Part shown: in pieces, positions 8,699 through 16,968 of the stretch
How the letters are laid out: each line of letters begins with the position of its first letter
Position numbering within the stretch: position 1 is the stretch's first letter
IMG/VR virus record: IMGVR_UViG_2537562190_000012
Length of the DNA stretch: 16,968 nucleotides
Strand: one strand, 5' to 3'
DNA from: a virus
Lineage: Duplodnaviria; Heunggongvirae; Uroviricota; Caudoviricetes
Notes under the pieces: model-generated
Databases searched by the model: none
Seen by the model: only the letters and a program-made list of their open reading frames with translations
What the model was told of the DNA's origin: nothing
Position numbers and translations under genes: made by a program

Positions 8699-11515
8699 TC
8701 AATCTTTATCGTAAAAACTGCCACGCCCGGCACGGGCACGCCGTTCCATTTCTGCCCTGACCATTTCACCGACCAGTTTCGCCAGTTCGCGGGGATTCTG
8801 CGTAACAACGTTATGCAGATGAACATGAATTTCACCACCAAATCCGGAGGCAACAGGCTCCCGGTTACGGGAAGTTACAGGAACTGATGCCACTGGAGAT
8901 CGTATGGCCTCCGCCACCGGGCGGGAGCTGGCCGCAACAACAGGGACCAGCGCCGGAGGCAGCGGTGCCGGGACCACGGGGGTGATATTAATTGCGGGGG
9001 CAGGCTTACTGACCTGCGCAATCTTCCGCTCCTGCCACTCCCCACGAACAGCAAGTGCGCGGGGCAGGTTCTTAAAGACAATATCGCCGGGGCCAATGCG
9101 TTTTTTCGTCTCATCAACCAGCTTACCTGTGTTATCAGCAATTTTGCTGAGTCTGCGTAGCGTCCCGGTATTGCTGTCTGTGAGCGGTTTGTTGTCTTTG
9201 GGTTTATCACCTCCGGTGCCATTGCCATTTTCCACAGGCTTCGGCGGATTGATTTTCGCCAGGTCCCCCTGAAGTAAGGCAACCTTGTCCCGAAGAATGG
9301 CCGCACGCTGTGCGTCTTCGATTTTCTTGCGCGCCCTTTCAGCTTCATCCGGAAGGACGCCAAGTTTTTCAAGTATCCACGCCAGCGTATCCAGTAGCAT
9401 TTTTGCAGGTGTCAGAACAAGTTGTAACGCACCGCCAAGAACGTTACCGAATATCTCGCCAGCACTGGTACATTTATCCAGCGTTTCCTTGCTGGACTCC
9501 ATCGGTGACAGCAGCGATTTAAACCAGTTAAACACCTGGCTGATCCCGCTTCCGATTGCGTCAAAAACAGGGCCAAACCGTTCAAAGGTTTCGCGCAACG
9601 GGGTCAGCCTTTCCATAATCCCGCTGAACACCCCGGCAAAAAATGCCCTGATGGGATCCCAGTATTTCCAGATAAGAACGGCAGCTCCGGCAAGCGCAGC
9701 CACGATAAGACCAACCGGACTGAACAGCGCCCCGATAGCGCCTCCCAGCAAAGAAACGGAACCCGTCAGCATTCCCCACAGCGCAGGCAACACCCTGACG
9801 ACATTCATTGACCGGGTAAGAATGTCAAAACCAAGACGCAGGGTGGCCAGCTTTCCGTAAAGCACCCCAATAACCAGCGACAACGAGCGAATCGTTGCAG
9901 TCATTGCCAGCAACGCACCGCCTGCTATCAGTAGCTGGCGTGTCAGTACCGGATGGGCCTGCGCCAGCGAGGTGATTTTTTCAAGCACCCGCGTGAGCCA
10001 CTGCGTGACAGAACGCAGCGGACCGTCAACCAGATCACTGATGCGAATACGAAGACCTTCCCATGCGCTGTCGAGATTTTTCAGGTCCCCATCAAGATTA
10101 TCGGCCATTACTTTTGCGACGCGATCGACCTCTCCCCTTGCCCCCTGCAATTCTCTGGTCAGTTTTTGCAGCTCTCCTGAACCAGCCGCCGCAACAAGCG
10201 TCTGCAAACCAACGAACGCCTCTTCTCCGGCGATGTCCTTGAAGAAGGAAACCTGGTCCACCTGTCCGTATTTTTGTGTCGCCTTATAGAGATCAAGCAG
10301 CACATCCTCCATCGGGCGCATTTTGCCCCTGGCGTCAGCAACTGACACCCCCAGCTCTTTCAGCGCATCAGCCGCAGCTTTTGGCGGTGATGCAAGGCGG
10401 GACAGACTTGCGCGCATGGCCGTACCAGCATCGCTTCCACGAAGACCATTACTGGCAAGCATCCCGGCCATGGCTGCCGCTTCTTCAAGACTGATACCAA
10501 GTTTTGCGGCAACCGGACCGGTATACTTCATGGTTTCGCCCAGCGCGCGTAAATCAGTATTGGTCCGGGTGAATGCCGCTGTCAGCGTATCGCCAACCCG
10601 GTCCATTTGATCGGCTGTCAGGTTGAACTGTGTGAGGATATTGGAGCCTATATCAGCCGTCTCGCCGAGTTCGACGCCACCTGCCAGCGCCATATTAAGA
10701 ACACCGGGCAATGCGGCCTGAATGGCCTGCGGAGTAAAACCAGCCATTGCCAGAAAGCTCTGCCCACTGGCGGCATCACTCGCAGTAAACGGTGTTTCAG
10801 ATCCAAGTTTTAACGCCTGCTCACGCAGCGCCTTAAACTGCGGGCTGTTTTTGTCGATTCGCGTCAGTGCCTGAACGCGGGACATCTCTTTGCCGAACCC
10901 GATCGCAGGCTGCAAAAAACGCCCGGCAGCATAGCCGCCCGCCGCTGCCGCACCAATTGCCAGTGCACCACCTGTTTTCAGTTTTCCCGCTGTTTCCTGC
11001 GCGCGCGAATACCGCTCACGCGCCCGCGTTACACGCGCAAGCGCCTGCCGTTCGCGTTCAAGCTGGTTGTTGTACTGTTCGGTGCGTCTGATGGCCTGCT
11101 GGATGGTGTTATCGCTGCCTGTCAGGGAAATGCCGTGGCGTTTCAGCTCTCCGCCAAGCTCCCGCATTTTTTGAATTTCCCGTGTGCGCGATTCATTCAG
11201 GCGTTCAAGCCGGGTGCTTAACTGCTGCATCAGCTTTTGTTGTTTTTCGCTGAGCACTGTACCCGTACGTTGTAACTGATTAAGGGCGTTAAGCTGGCGT
11301 CGTGCTTTCACGATGCCAGCATCCGCTTTACTGACAGCGTCACGGGCGCGCTCAAATGAACGCGCCTGACGCTCGAGATTTTTAATCGCCCCCTGCGTTC
11401 GCTGGATGGAGTCACCAAACTGCCCCATCAGGCGGCGGGCGTTTTCGGCAGGCCGGGTCAGCCTGTCAACGGCGCTGAAAGCGACCCGGATATCAAGAGT
11501 CTTCATTATCTGCAT
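8699..11515 (-). CDS. T: Tail tape measure protein T (P2 gpT family)
   Basis: 938 aa; long helical, A/L/Q/R-rich protein with central hydrophobic segments. Follows the E/E' chaperone genes. An alternative ATG lies at 11506. Confidence 0.9.
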   Translation of the reverse strand: MQIMKTLDIRVAFSAVDRLTRPAENARRLMGQFGDSIQRTQGAIKNLERQARSFERARDAVSKADAGIVKARRQLNALNQLQRTGTVLSEKQQKLMQQLSTRLERLNESRTREIQKMRELGGELKRHGISLTGSDNTIQQAIRRTEQYNNQLERERQALARVTRARERYSRAQETAGKLKTGGALAIGAAAAGGYAAGRFLQPAIGFGKEMSRVQALTRIDKNSPQFKALREQALKLGSETPFTASDAASGQSFLAMAGFTPQAIQAALPGVLNMALAGGVELGETADIGSNILTQFNLTADQMDRVGDTLTAAFTRTNTDLRALGETMKYTGPVAAKLGISLEEAAAMAGMLASNGLRGSDAGTAMRASLSRLASPPKAAADALKELGVSVADARGKMRPMEDVLLDLYKATQKYGQVDQVSFFKDIAGEEAFVGLQTLVAAAGSGELQKLTRELQGARGEVDRVAKVMADNLDGDLKNLDSAWEGLRIRISDLVDGPLRSVTQWLTRVLEKITSLAQAHPVLTRQLLIAGGALLAMTATIRSLSLVIGVLYGKLATLRLGFDILTRSMNVVRVLPALWGMLTGSVSLLGGAIGALFSPVGLIVAALAGAAVLIWKYWDPIRAFFAGVFSGIMERLTPLRETFERFGPVFDAIGSGISQVFNWFKSLLSPMESSKETLDKCTSAGEIFGNVLGGALQLVLTPAKMLLDTLAWILEKLGVLPDEAERARKKIEDAQRAAILRDKVALLQGDLAKINPPKPVENGNGTGGDKPKDNKPLTDSNTGTLRRLSKIADNTGKLVDETKKRIGPGDIVFKNLPRALAVRGEWQERKIAQVSKPAPAINITPVVPAPLPPALVPVVAASSRPVAEAIRSPVASVPVTSRNREPVASGFGGEIHVHLHNVVTQNPRELAKLVGEMVRAEMERRARAGRGSFYDKD

Positions 11516-12031
11516 TCCCGCTGCGAAGTGCCGCCCGCTCGCGCCAGCTAACCACTTCGCCGGGCGTCATCATGAAGATTTCGGCGGGCGACCAGTTAAA
11601 AATGGCGGCAATATCCGCCACCAGATCTTCGATGTGCTCAAAGCACACCAGGGTGATTACGCTGCCGTCTCCTGCACGCTCTTCGCGCCAGAGTCTGGCT
11701 CGCTCATAAAATTTACAGCCACAGCGCACAACTGAATAAAATCGCGTGACGACATTTTTTTAATCATCACTTCATCCAGTCGTGGCGAGGTCACGCGAGG
11801 CAACAGCATAAACATGGTATCCGCTTTCAGATTCAGCACATCAGACAGCGACAGACCACGCAGGGATCCAGCCTGCTCAATAGCCCCGGTGATCTCCACA
11901 TACGTGATTTTTTCGCCACCACGCTCAATTGGTCGGGTCAGTTTTACGCCACGTTCGACAGCCATATCCTCACCTGCCGTCACATCATCCGCCACGGTGT
12001 TATTCCGGTATCGAGTATCGATCTCTTTCAT
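11493..12031 (-). CDS. E': Tail assembly chaperone E+E' (predicted -1 frameshift fusion of E with the downstream overlapping frame)
   Basis: The downstream ORF 11493..11729 is in the -1 frame relative to E and ends overlapping the T start. An A7 run (minus strand, 11761-11755) sits in the overlap. The arrangement mirrors P2 E/E+E' and lambda G/GT. Confidence 0.6.
11657..12031 (-). CDS. E: Tail assembly chaperone E (P2 gpE family), zero-frame product
   Basis: 124 aa ORF with SD AAGGAG 7 nt upstream of ATG 12031. Lies between the tube gene and the tape measure gene. Confidence 0.8.
   Translation of the reverse strand: MKEIDTRYRNNTVADDVTAGEDMAVERGVKLTRPIERGGEKITYVEITGAIEQAGSLRGLSLSDVLNLKADTMFMLLPRVTSPRLDEVMIKKMSSRDFIQLCAVAVNFMSEPDSGAKSVQETAA
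11755..11761 (-). other. Candidate slippery site (A7 run) for the E/E' -1 frameshift
   Basis: Minus strand reads ATT AAA AAA ATG in the E frame. The -1 frame has a TAA immediately upstream of the run and then stays open into E'. Confidence 0.5.
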
Positions 12032-12086
12032 CAGTTGTCTCCTTTTCAGTCAGAGGCGGCGCACTGCGCCGCCTGCATATTACTTA

Positions 12087-12599
12087 TCAGCCAAGCCCAA
12101 GCGCGGAACGGATACGGTCAGGCACAATGTCCTTGCCGTCCTTCCGGTAGATGTGGTTCAGCAGGTCGATTTCCCACAGCGGACGATCGTTAACGCTCAG
12201 CTTGTAGTAGGTGTTTTTGACAGCGTAAGTGTGTGATGTGGCTTCGCCCTGTTTGGCTTCCCCCATATCAATTTCCGTCACACGCCCGCGCATCTCGATT
12301 TCATACAGATCACTTTCTGCATCGGTGTAGTATTCACCCGCAAAACGCAGCAACGTGCCGTCAATCGTGCCGCCATATTTAAGGAACAGCTCATGAACTG
12401 CGCCCCCCATGACAAAACTCGCATCAAGCGCAGAATCATCAAGACCGAGGTCGATACTCACCGCCCCCATCATGCCACCGCCACGATAGCTTTCAGTTTT
12501 GCGCGTCAGTTTAGGTGGAGTGACGGATGTCACCTTACCCACTTCGTTTTCACCATTCACAAACAGCGTAAAAAAGCGAAGATGTTTTGGTACAGCCAT
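12087..12599 (-). CDS. FII: Tail tube protein FII (P2 gpFII family)
   Basis: 170 aa, with gpFII-like motifs (VTPPKLTRK.E.YRGGGM, RFAG.Y, GEAKQGE). ATG overlaps the FI stop (TGATG); SD GGGAGGTG upstream. Confidence 0.9.
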   Translation of the reverse strand: MAVPKHLRFFTLFVNGENEVGKVTSVTPPKLTRKTESYRGGGMMGAVSIDLGLDDSALDASFVMGGAVHELFLKYGGTIDGTLLRFAGEYYTDAESDLYEIEMRGRVTEIDMGEAKQGEATSHTYAVKNTYYKLSVNDRPLWEIDLLNHIYRKDGKDIVPDRIRSALGLG

Positions 12600-13783
12600 C
12601 AGACACCTCCCAACACCGCAAATGCGGGATCAAAGTATTCATCAGTAAACGTCTGGTAAAGCTCCATATCTTCCAGCGGAGGAACGGGCGTATATTTGTA
12701 GCGAATACGCACACGCCCCTGACGTAAATCCGTGGTGCTGTTATCCACCACGTCATACCAGCACGACGCGCCAATCAGTTTCCCGGCAGTAACCAGCGAA
12801 TCCAGTTTTGCCCTGATGGCACTGATAACATCCTTCACGTTCGCAGGCGTCAGTGGACTGTCGATGGTTTCAAACTGCGCTTCCGCAATTGAATCAGCCA
12901 GCACCTGTGCGGTTCGGGTATACACCTCAAAGATGTAGGCGTTCGTTTCCGGTGTGCGGTTGCCCCAGAAGCGGAACCCGTTGCGACGAATAATGGTCGT
13001 GATTTCTTTGTTATTGAGGCTGTTGGCATCACTGTCTTCGGCCTGCAACGACCAGAACACATGCCTGGACATTCCCAGCACATTTTTAACCGGAACATTG
13101 GACAGCGATTTGTGCCAGCCCTGCTCATGGTCAATGTACGCACGAAGGCCGCACGCATAAGCAGGCGCGGGGAACGTTTCGTTTTCGCCACTTTTCGGGT
13201 TGTAGGCGATGAAGTCAGGCCATAAGAGCATCACTTCACGTTCGTTGAATTTCTGGCGGTAGGTAATCGCTTCAGCCATCGTGTTACAGCCGTGACATGA
13301 GGCATACACAAATGCGCGCAGTTTACCCGCAATCACGCACAGGGATTTTGTCACCGCCTCCGTGTCCAGCTCCGGCGCGGCCAGAATACGCGGACGGTAT
13401 CCGATGCTTTCATCCTGCTCTGCAACAAGCAGCGCATACATCCCCGTATAGCTGCCGTCATCCTCAGAACCACCGATAACCAGTTGATCCTGCGTCTTAC
13501 CGTCTTCTTCTTTGTGTTCAGCCACGCGAACGACGATCACCTTTGTGCTCACCTGGTCTGCGATGGCCTTAAGCGCACGATAAAGCGTCCCCGTTGTTCC
13601 GCATTTTCCCAGCACGTCATTGACGCGGGTCAGCAGTGTAGGCTTGTTCAGCGGGAACAGCTTCGCGTCCGCATCATCCGCCGTTGCCACGATACCGATA
13701 ACGCTGGAATCAACATCGTTAATCGCTGTTACCAGGTCGGTATTTTCCGTAACACGGGCACCATGAAAACGAGTTTCACTCAT
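12599..13783 (-). CDS. FI: Contractile tail sheath protein FI (P2 gpFI family)
   Basis: 394 aa, with motifs matching gpFI as I recall it (FPLNKP, LRAFVYASCHGC, DQEQGWHKSLSNV, IRRNGFRFWGNRT, YTPVPPLE). SD AAGGGG upstream of ATG 13783. Confidence 0.93.
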   Translation of the reverse strand: MSETRFHGARVTENTDLVTAINDVDSSVIGIVATADDADAKLFPLNKPTLLTRVNDVLGKCGTTGTLYRALKAIADQVSTKVIVVRVAEHKEEDGKTQDQLVIGGSEDDGSYTGMYALLVAEQDESIGYRPRILAAPELDTEAVTKSLCVIAGKLRAFVYASCHGCNTMAEAITYRQKFNEREVMLLWPDFIAYNPKSGENETFPAPAYACGLRAYIDHEQGWHKSLSNVPVKNVLGMSRHVFWSLQAEDSDANSLNNKEITTIIRRNGFRFWGNRTPETNAYIFEVYTRTAQVLADSIAEAQFETIDSPLTPANVKDVISAIRAKLDSLVTAGKLIGASCWYDVVDNSTTDLRQGRVRIRYKYTPVPPLEDMELYQTFTDEYFDPAFAVLGGV

Positions 13784-13940
13784 AGCTTCAGCCCCTTGTA
13801 TCCGTTAAATGATTCGGCAACAATCATCACCCACCACGCGCGTAATCTCACCCCTGCGCCGTTCTCCCGACCCGGCGACAACAAAAAGCAGTAACCCCCT
13901 CCGCACGCACATGCGACCATGCCGCACAGGGAGGGAACAG

Positions 13941-15050
13941 ATGACCGACACCACCATGCAATTGCTCAGTCAGGGCACAGACCCCGTAAAAATGCCGGAT
14001 TTTGATATTCTCGCGGAGGGTAAAACGCTGTCCGGCGTGGCAGAGCGCCTGATGAGCCTGTCGCTGACCGACAACCGGGGATTTGAGGCAGACCAGCTCA
14101 CCATCACGCTGGATGATGCGGATGGTCAGTTGCGGCTACCGCCACGGGGCGCGCGCCTGACGGTTCTCATTGGCTGGAAAGGCGAACCGCTGACAGAAAA
14201 AGGCTCTTACATTGTTGATGAAATCGCACACGAAGGACCGCCGGACAGGCTGACTGTTTCAGCCAGAAGCGCAGATTTTCGGGATGAATTTAACGTTAAA
14301 CGTGAGGTGTCCTGGCATGATGTGACCGTTGAGCGTGTGGTATCCGCCATCGCTCATCGGTACGGTCTGAAACCGCAAATCAGCGAAATGCTGATGGATA
14401 TCGAAATCGACCACGCCGACCAGACCGAAGAAAGTGACATGTCCTTCCTTACGCGCATGGCGGAAATGCTGGGCGCAATCACCACGGTAAAAAGCGGTAA
14501 TCTGTTATTCATCATGCCCGGCGGTGGCGTGAACGCACAGGGCCAGCCGTTGCCATCGTTCGCCATCACACGCAGCAGCGGCGATCGCCATCAGTTCCGC
14601 ATTGCTGACCGCGAGGCGTATACGGGGGTACGCGCTTACTGGCTTGATCTTAATTACGGGAAAAAGAAAAAAGTCAGCGTGAAACGCCGCAAACCGCCAA
14701 AACCGAAAAAAGAGAAAAGCAGCAGCCGTGAAGGTGATTATATGGAAGGCGCGGAAGGCAATGTGTTTGTGTTACGCAAGACTTATCAGAACGAGCAGGC
14801 AGCAAGACGCGCAGCGGCGGCAAAGTGGCAACAACTACAACGCGGAGCCGCATCATTCTCCATCACGCTGGCACGTGGACGAGCAGAACTCTACCCCGAA
14901 ATGCATGGCACGGTAACAGGATTTAAAAGCGAGATTGATAATCAGGACTGGATTATTGCAAAAGCCGAGCACACCATTGATAACAGCGGCTTTACCACGC
15001 AGCTTGAGCTTGAGGCAAAAATCCCGGAATGGATAGCGGAAACAGAGTGA
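13941..15050 (+). CDS. D: Tail protein D (phage late control gene D family)
   Basis: Track ORF 13809..15050. ATG 13941 is preferred because AGGGAGG lies 5 nt upstream. Protein has gpD-like features and a lysine-rich internal segment. Confidence 0.85.
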   Translation: MTDTTMQLLSQGTDPVKMPDFDILAEGKTLSGVAERLMSLSLTDNRGFEADQLTITLDDADGQLRLPPRGARLTVLIGWKGEPLTEKGSYIVDEIAHEGPPDRLTVSARSADFRDEFNVKREVSWHDVTVERVVSAIAHRYGLKPQISEMLMDIEIDHADQTEESDMSFLTRMAEMLGAITTVKSGNLLFIMPGGGVNAQGQPLPSFAITRSSGDRHQFRIADREAYTGVRAYWLDLNYGKKKKVSVKRRKPPKPKKEKSSSREGDYMEGAEGNVFVLRKTYQNEQAARRAAAAKWQQLQRGAASFSITLARGRAELYPEMHGTVTGFKSEIDNQDWIIAKAEHTIDNSGFTTQLELEAKIPEWIAETE

Positions 15051-15092
15051 GCAACTTAGAATAGCGGCAGCACCACGTTAAAGGAGGTCGCT

Positions 15093-15353
15093 ATGTTCCG
15101 TTGTCCGCTTTGTGGCGCATCTGCCCGTATCCGCACCAGTCGTCCGGAAAATGATTCAAACACCGTGCGGCAAAAGTATTACCAGTGTAACAACCTGGAA
15201 TGCGGCGTATGCTTCTCAACACTGGAAGCTTTCCATAAATTCACATCGAAACACGCCTCCGGCGTTCACTCATCAGAAGGTATCCCGTGGCATGAGCTGC
15301 CAGCTTCACACAGGGGAAACAATCAGATGAGTTTGCCTTTACCTCAGAATTAA
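15093..15353 (+). CDS. ogr: Ogr/Delta-family zinc-finger late transcription activator
   Basis: 86 aa. SD AAGGAGG 5 nt upstream of ATG. N-terminal CPLC ... QCNNLEC Cys4 arrangement as in P2 Ogr. Position after D. Confidence 0.85.
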   Translation: MFRCPLCGASARIRTSRPENDSNTVRQKYYQCNNLECGVCFSTLEAFHKFTSKHASGVHSSEGIPWHELPASHRGNNQMSLPLPQN

Positions 15354-15491
15354 CAGGCAGAATTGCCGGAGTAACAAAAAAGCGATAGATTACGTGCGGG
15401 TGCCTTTCGGCTGATGGTCGGAGGGAATACCCGAAGGCCGGATGTGGAAAGGCCCCGGAAAACATTTCTGTTTAACCGAGGCCCTAACCCG

Positions 15492-16327
15492 TCAACCTAG
15501 CAAGTGATAGGTTAGCGCCTCTCCAACAAAGGAGCAAGCGCTTGTATGGGTCCACCACATATTGCAATTTTTATTCTCTTTTAAAATATATTCCACGGGC
15601 GTCATTAGTGCGAGCGCCTTGTGGGGTCTTTTGCTGTTATACAGCACCAGATATTCCGCCAGCTTCTGGTTAAATAGCGCCAGATCTTCAAAGAGTAAAA
15701 TCTCATTAAATTCAATAAACTGCTCTCTTAACGTCCGGTTAAAACGTTCACAGATAGCGTTCATTTTTGGCGTGTAGGGATAGGTCCAGAGGTGTTTGAT
15801 AGCGGCTTCCTGCAGCGTTTTGTCGAAGTTTCCCAGGAACTCTTTTCCGTTATCTGTGATTATCTGGCTGATACCGACCGGGAACAACCGGGCTGCGCGG
15901 CTGAAGAAGTGATTGACGATATCACTGTTGAGTGACGGCACAGCCAGCGCCAGCGCGTAATTGCTGCATTCGTCGATCATGGTGATGACATAGCGACGCA
16001 GTTCGCCCATTCTGAGCTCAATGGCGTCCATCCCAATGAGCTCACCTGTCTTTACCGGGCGGTAGTGCTTTGGCCTGCGGGGTTTGGCAGACCGCTTTTT
16101 GACAAGCAGTGCCTTCCCCCGCGATCCCAGACGCACAGGTATCATCCGCATTTTATCATGTGCGGCAGCGATCATTCTGCCGATGGTGGAAACACTCGGA
16201 CAGGCCAGATAGCGCTGTTCGCACCAGGGCTTCAGGCGAACAAAAATCTGCTCTTTACCGAGGTTCGGCAGCTCTGTCCTGAGGCGTCGAATCTCTTTCA
16301 GCACATCGGGATGCCAGTGTTTTTTCG
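15492..16327 (-). CDS. IS transposase OrfB (integrase-core / DDE domain), probably made as an OrfAB fusion by -1 frameshift
   Basis: Frame is open from 16343 downward. Integrase-core-like motifs (ITDNGKEF, YPYTPKMNAICERFNRTLRE). It is in the -1 frame relative to OrfA, with the heptamer A AAA AAC (minus strand, 16325-16319) in the overlap. Confidence 0.7.
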
Positions 16328-16579
16328 TCGCACCAGAGGTGCCTTACTGTGCGGGATTAGCCCCTCAGGTCCTTCCTTGTTCAGTAACTGACGCCACCAG
16401 TAAAGCGTGCGGCAGGACACGCCAAAGGCTTCAGAAGCTGCAGAAATACCGTGTTTATCCCAGAAGTGCAGAGCCTTCATTCTCATTGTTGCTATATCAG
16501 CCATCACTGAAAGCCTCAACGCATAATCGGCCGTTTGGTAGTATTTAGGATAGCCAACCATCAGATGCTGCATTTGCAT
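16298..16579 (-). CDS. IS transposase OrfA (N-terminal helix-turn-helix part)
   Basis: 93 aa. Motif AFGVSCRTLYWWRQLLNKEGPEGLIPHSKAP resembles the N-terminal HTH of IS481-family transposases. SD AGGGGAG upstream of ATG 16579. Confidence 0.7.
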   Translation of the reverse strand: MQMQHLMVGYPKYYQTADYALRLSVMADIATMRMKALHFWDKHGISAASEAFGVSCRTLYWWRQLLNKEGPEGLIPHSKAPLVRRKNTGIPMC

Positions 16580-16872
16580 AGTGCAATCTCCCCTTACTTA
16601 TCCGGAGGCAATTGCAATATCTCTGTGAACTTACACAGTGCTATGTCGCAAAAATCGCTTACGGCCATCACGTTCTGCGTGACGGCAATCCTCATCATCT
16701 GGATGTTGCACGGTTCGCTGTGTGAAATACGGATGAGCTTCTGGGGAGCGGAGTTTGCGGCGTTCTTACAGTGTAAGCAGTAAGGAAACCGCGACGGGGG
16801 AGCAATCCCCCGTCAATCGGTTGCCAGGGTAAGGTCGATAAGGCACCCTATCTCACAGACATGAACAACAAA

Positions 16873-16904
16873 CCCGCAGCATAAAAACTGCGGGTTTTCT
16901 TTTT
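16873..16904 (+). terminator. Rho-independent terminator in the 3' flank
   Basis: Stem CCCGCAG (16873-16879) / CTGCGGG (16888-16894) with an 8-nt loop, followed by TTTTCTTTTT. Confidence 0.65.
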
Positions 16905-16968
16905 GGTGTCCTCACCGACTTGAAACAGTGATCAGACTATAAGACAAAGCCCACAATGTAGCGGGCTT

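Larger units (their letters stand above)
15443..16637 (-). mobile_element. Insertion sequence with two overlapping transposase frames (IS481/IS3-like DDE transposase); boundaries approximate
   Basis: HTH-containing OrfA and rve/DDE-type OrfB on the minus strand, joined by an A AAA AAC slippery heptamer. The ends are a guess from imperfect TGTG-initiated inverted sequences near 15443 and 16637; no clear inverted repeats or target duplication were resolved by eye. Confidence 0.6.

Noticed and set aside
8904-10813. Multiple 60-190 aa ORFs on the plus strand inside the tape measure gene (for example 8904..9272, 9285..9860, 9972..10289, 10323..10610)
   Set aside because: They are antisense to or frame-shifted within a long, well-supported tape measure ORF, have biased low-complexity compositions typical of GC-rich antisense frames, and have no start context.
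13809-13940. N-terminal 44-codon extension of D in the track ORF
   Set aside because: The extension is proline/serine/arginine-rich and lacks an RBS, whereas ATG 13941 has a strong AGGGAGG 5 nt upstream. It also falls in the intergenic region that should carry promoters.
16585-16610. Sequence CCGGATAAGTAAGGGGAGATTGCAC (minus strand), which loosely resembles my memory of the P2 att core (TAAGGGAGATT)
   Set aside because: It coincides with the RBS (AGGGGAG) of the IS OrfA. The match is short and rests on an uncertain recollection, so it is more likely coincidental than an attachment site.
16535-16783. 82-aa plus-strand ORF overlapping the IS OrfA start and flank
   Set aside because: It is antisense to the transposase 5' end and leader, has no RBS, and has no recognisable features; probably spurious.
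1-16968. CRISPR arrays, tRNA or tmRNA genes, rRNA
   Set aside because: No spaced direct-repeat arrays and no tRNA-like cloverleaf or CCA-end motifs were seen by eye. The only repeats found are in-frame coding repeats in the tail fiber gene.

Overview
This window is the late (lysis and tail) region of a P2-like (Peduovirus-type) prophage, ending in an IS-type insertion sequence and a short non-coding flank. On the + strand it reads: 3' end of a holin-like gene, an M15-peptidase endolysin, overlapping spanins (LysB/LysC), tail completion R and S, baseplate V-W-J-I, tail fiber H and tail fiber assembly G. A low-GC island (about 7426-8197) follows, carrying one minus-strand gene for a left-handed beta-helix (hexapeptide-repeat, CysE/WcaB-like) acetyltransferase with its own near-consensus sigma70 promoter and a bidirectional terminator; this is the best candidate for an undescribed accessory or defence function. 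The sheath/tube/chaperone/tape-measure/U block (FI-FII-E/E'-T-U) lies on the minus strand, inverted relative to the P2 order as I recall it, and D and ogr follow on the + strand. All calls are from reading the sequence and the supplied ORF translations; no database search was run, so homology assignments rest on remembered family features and are marked as such.
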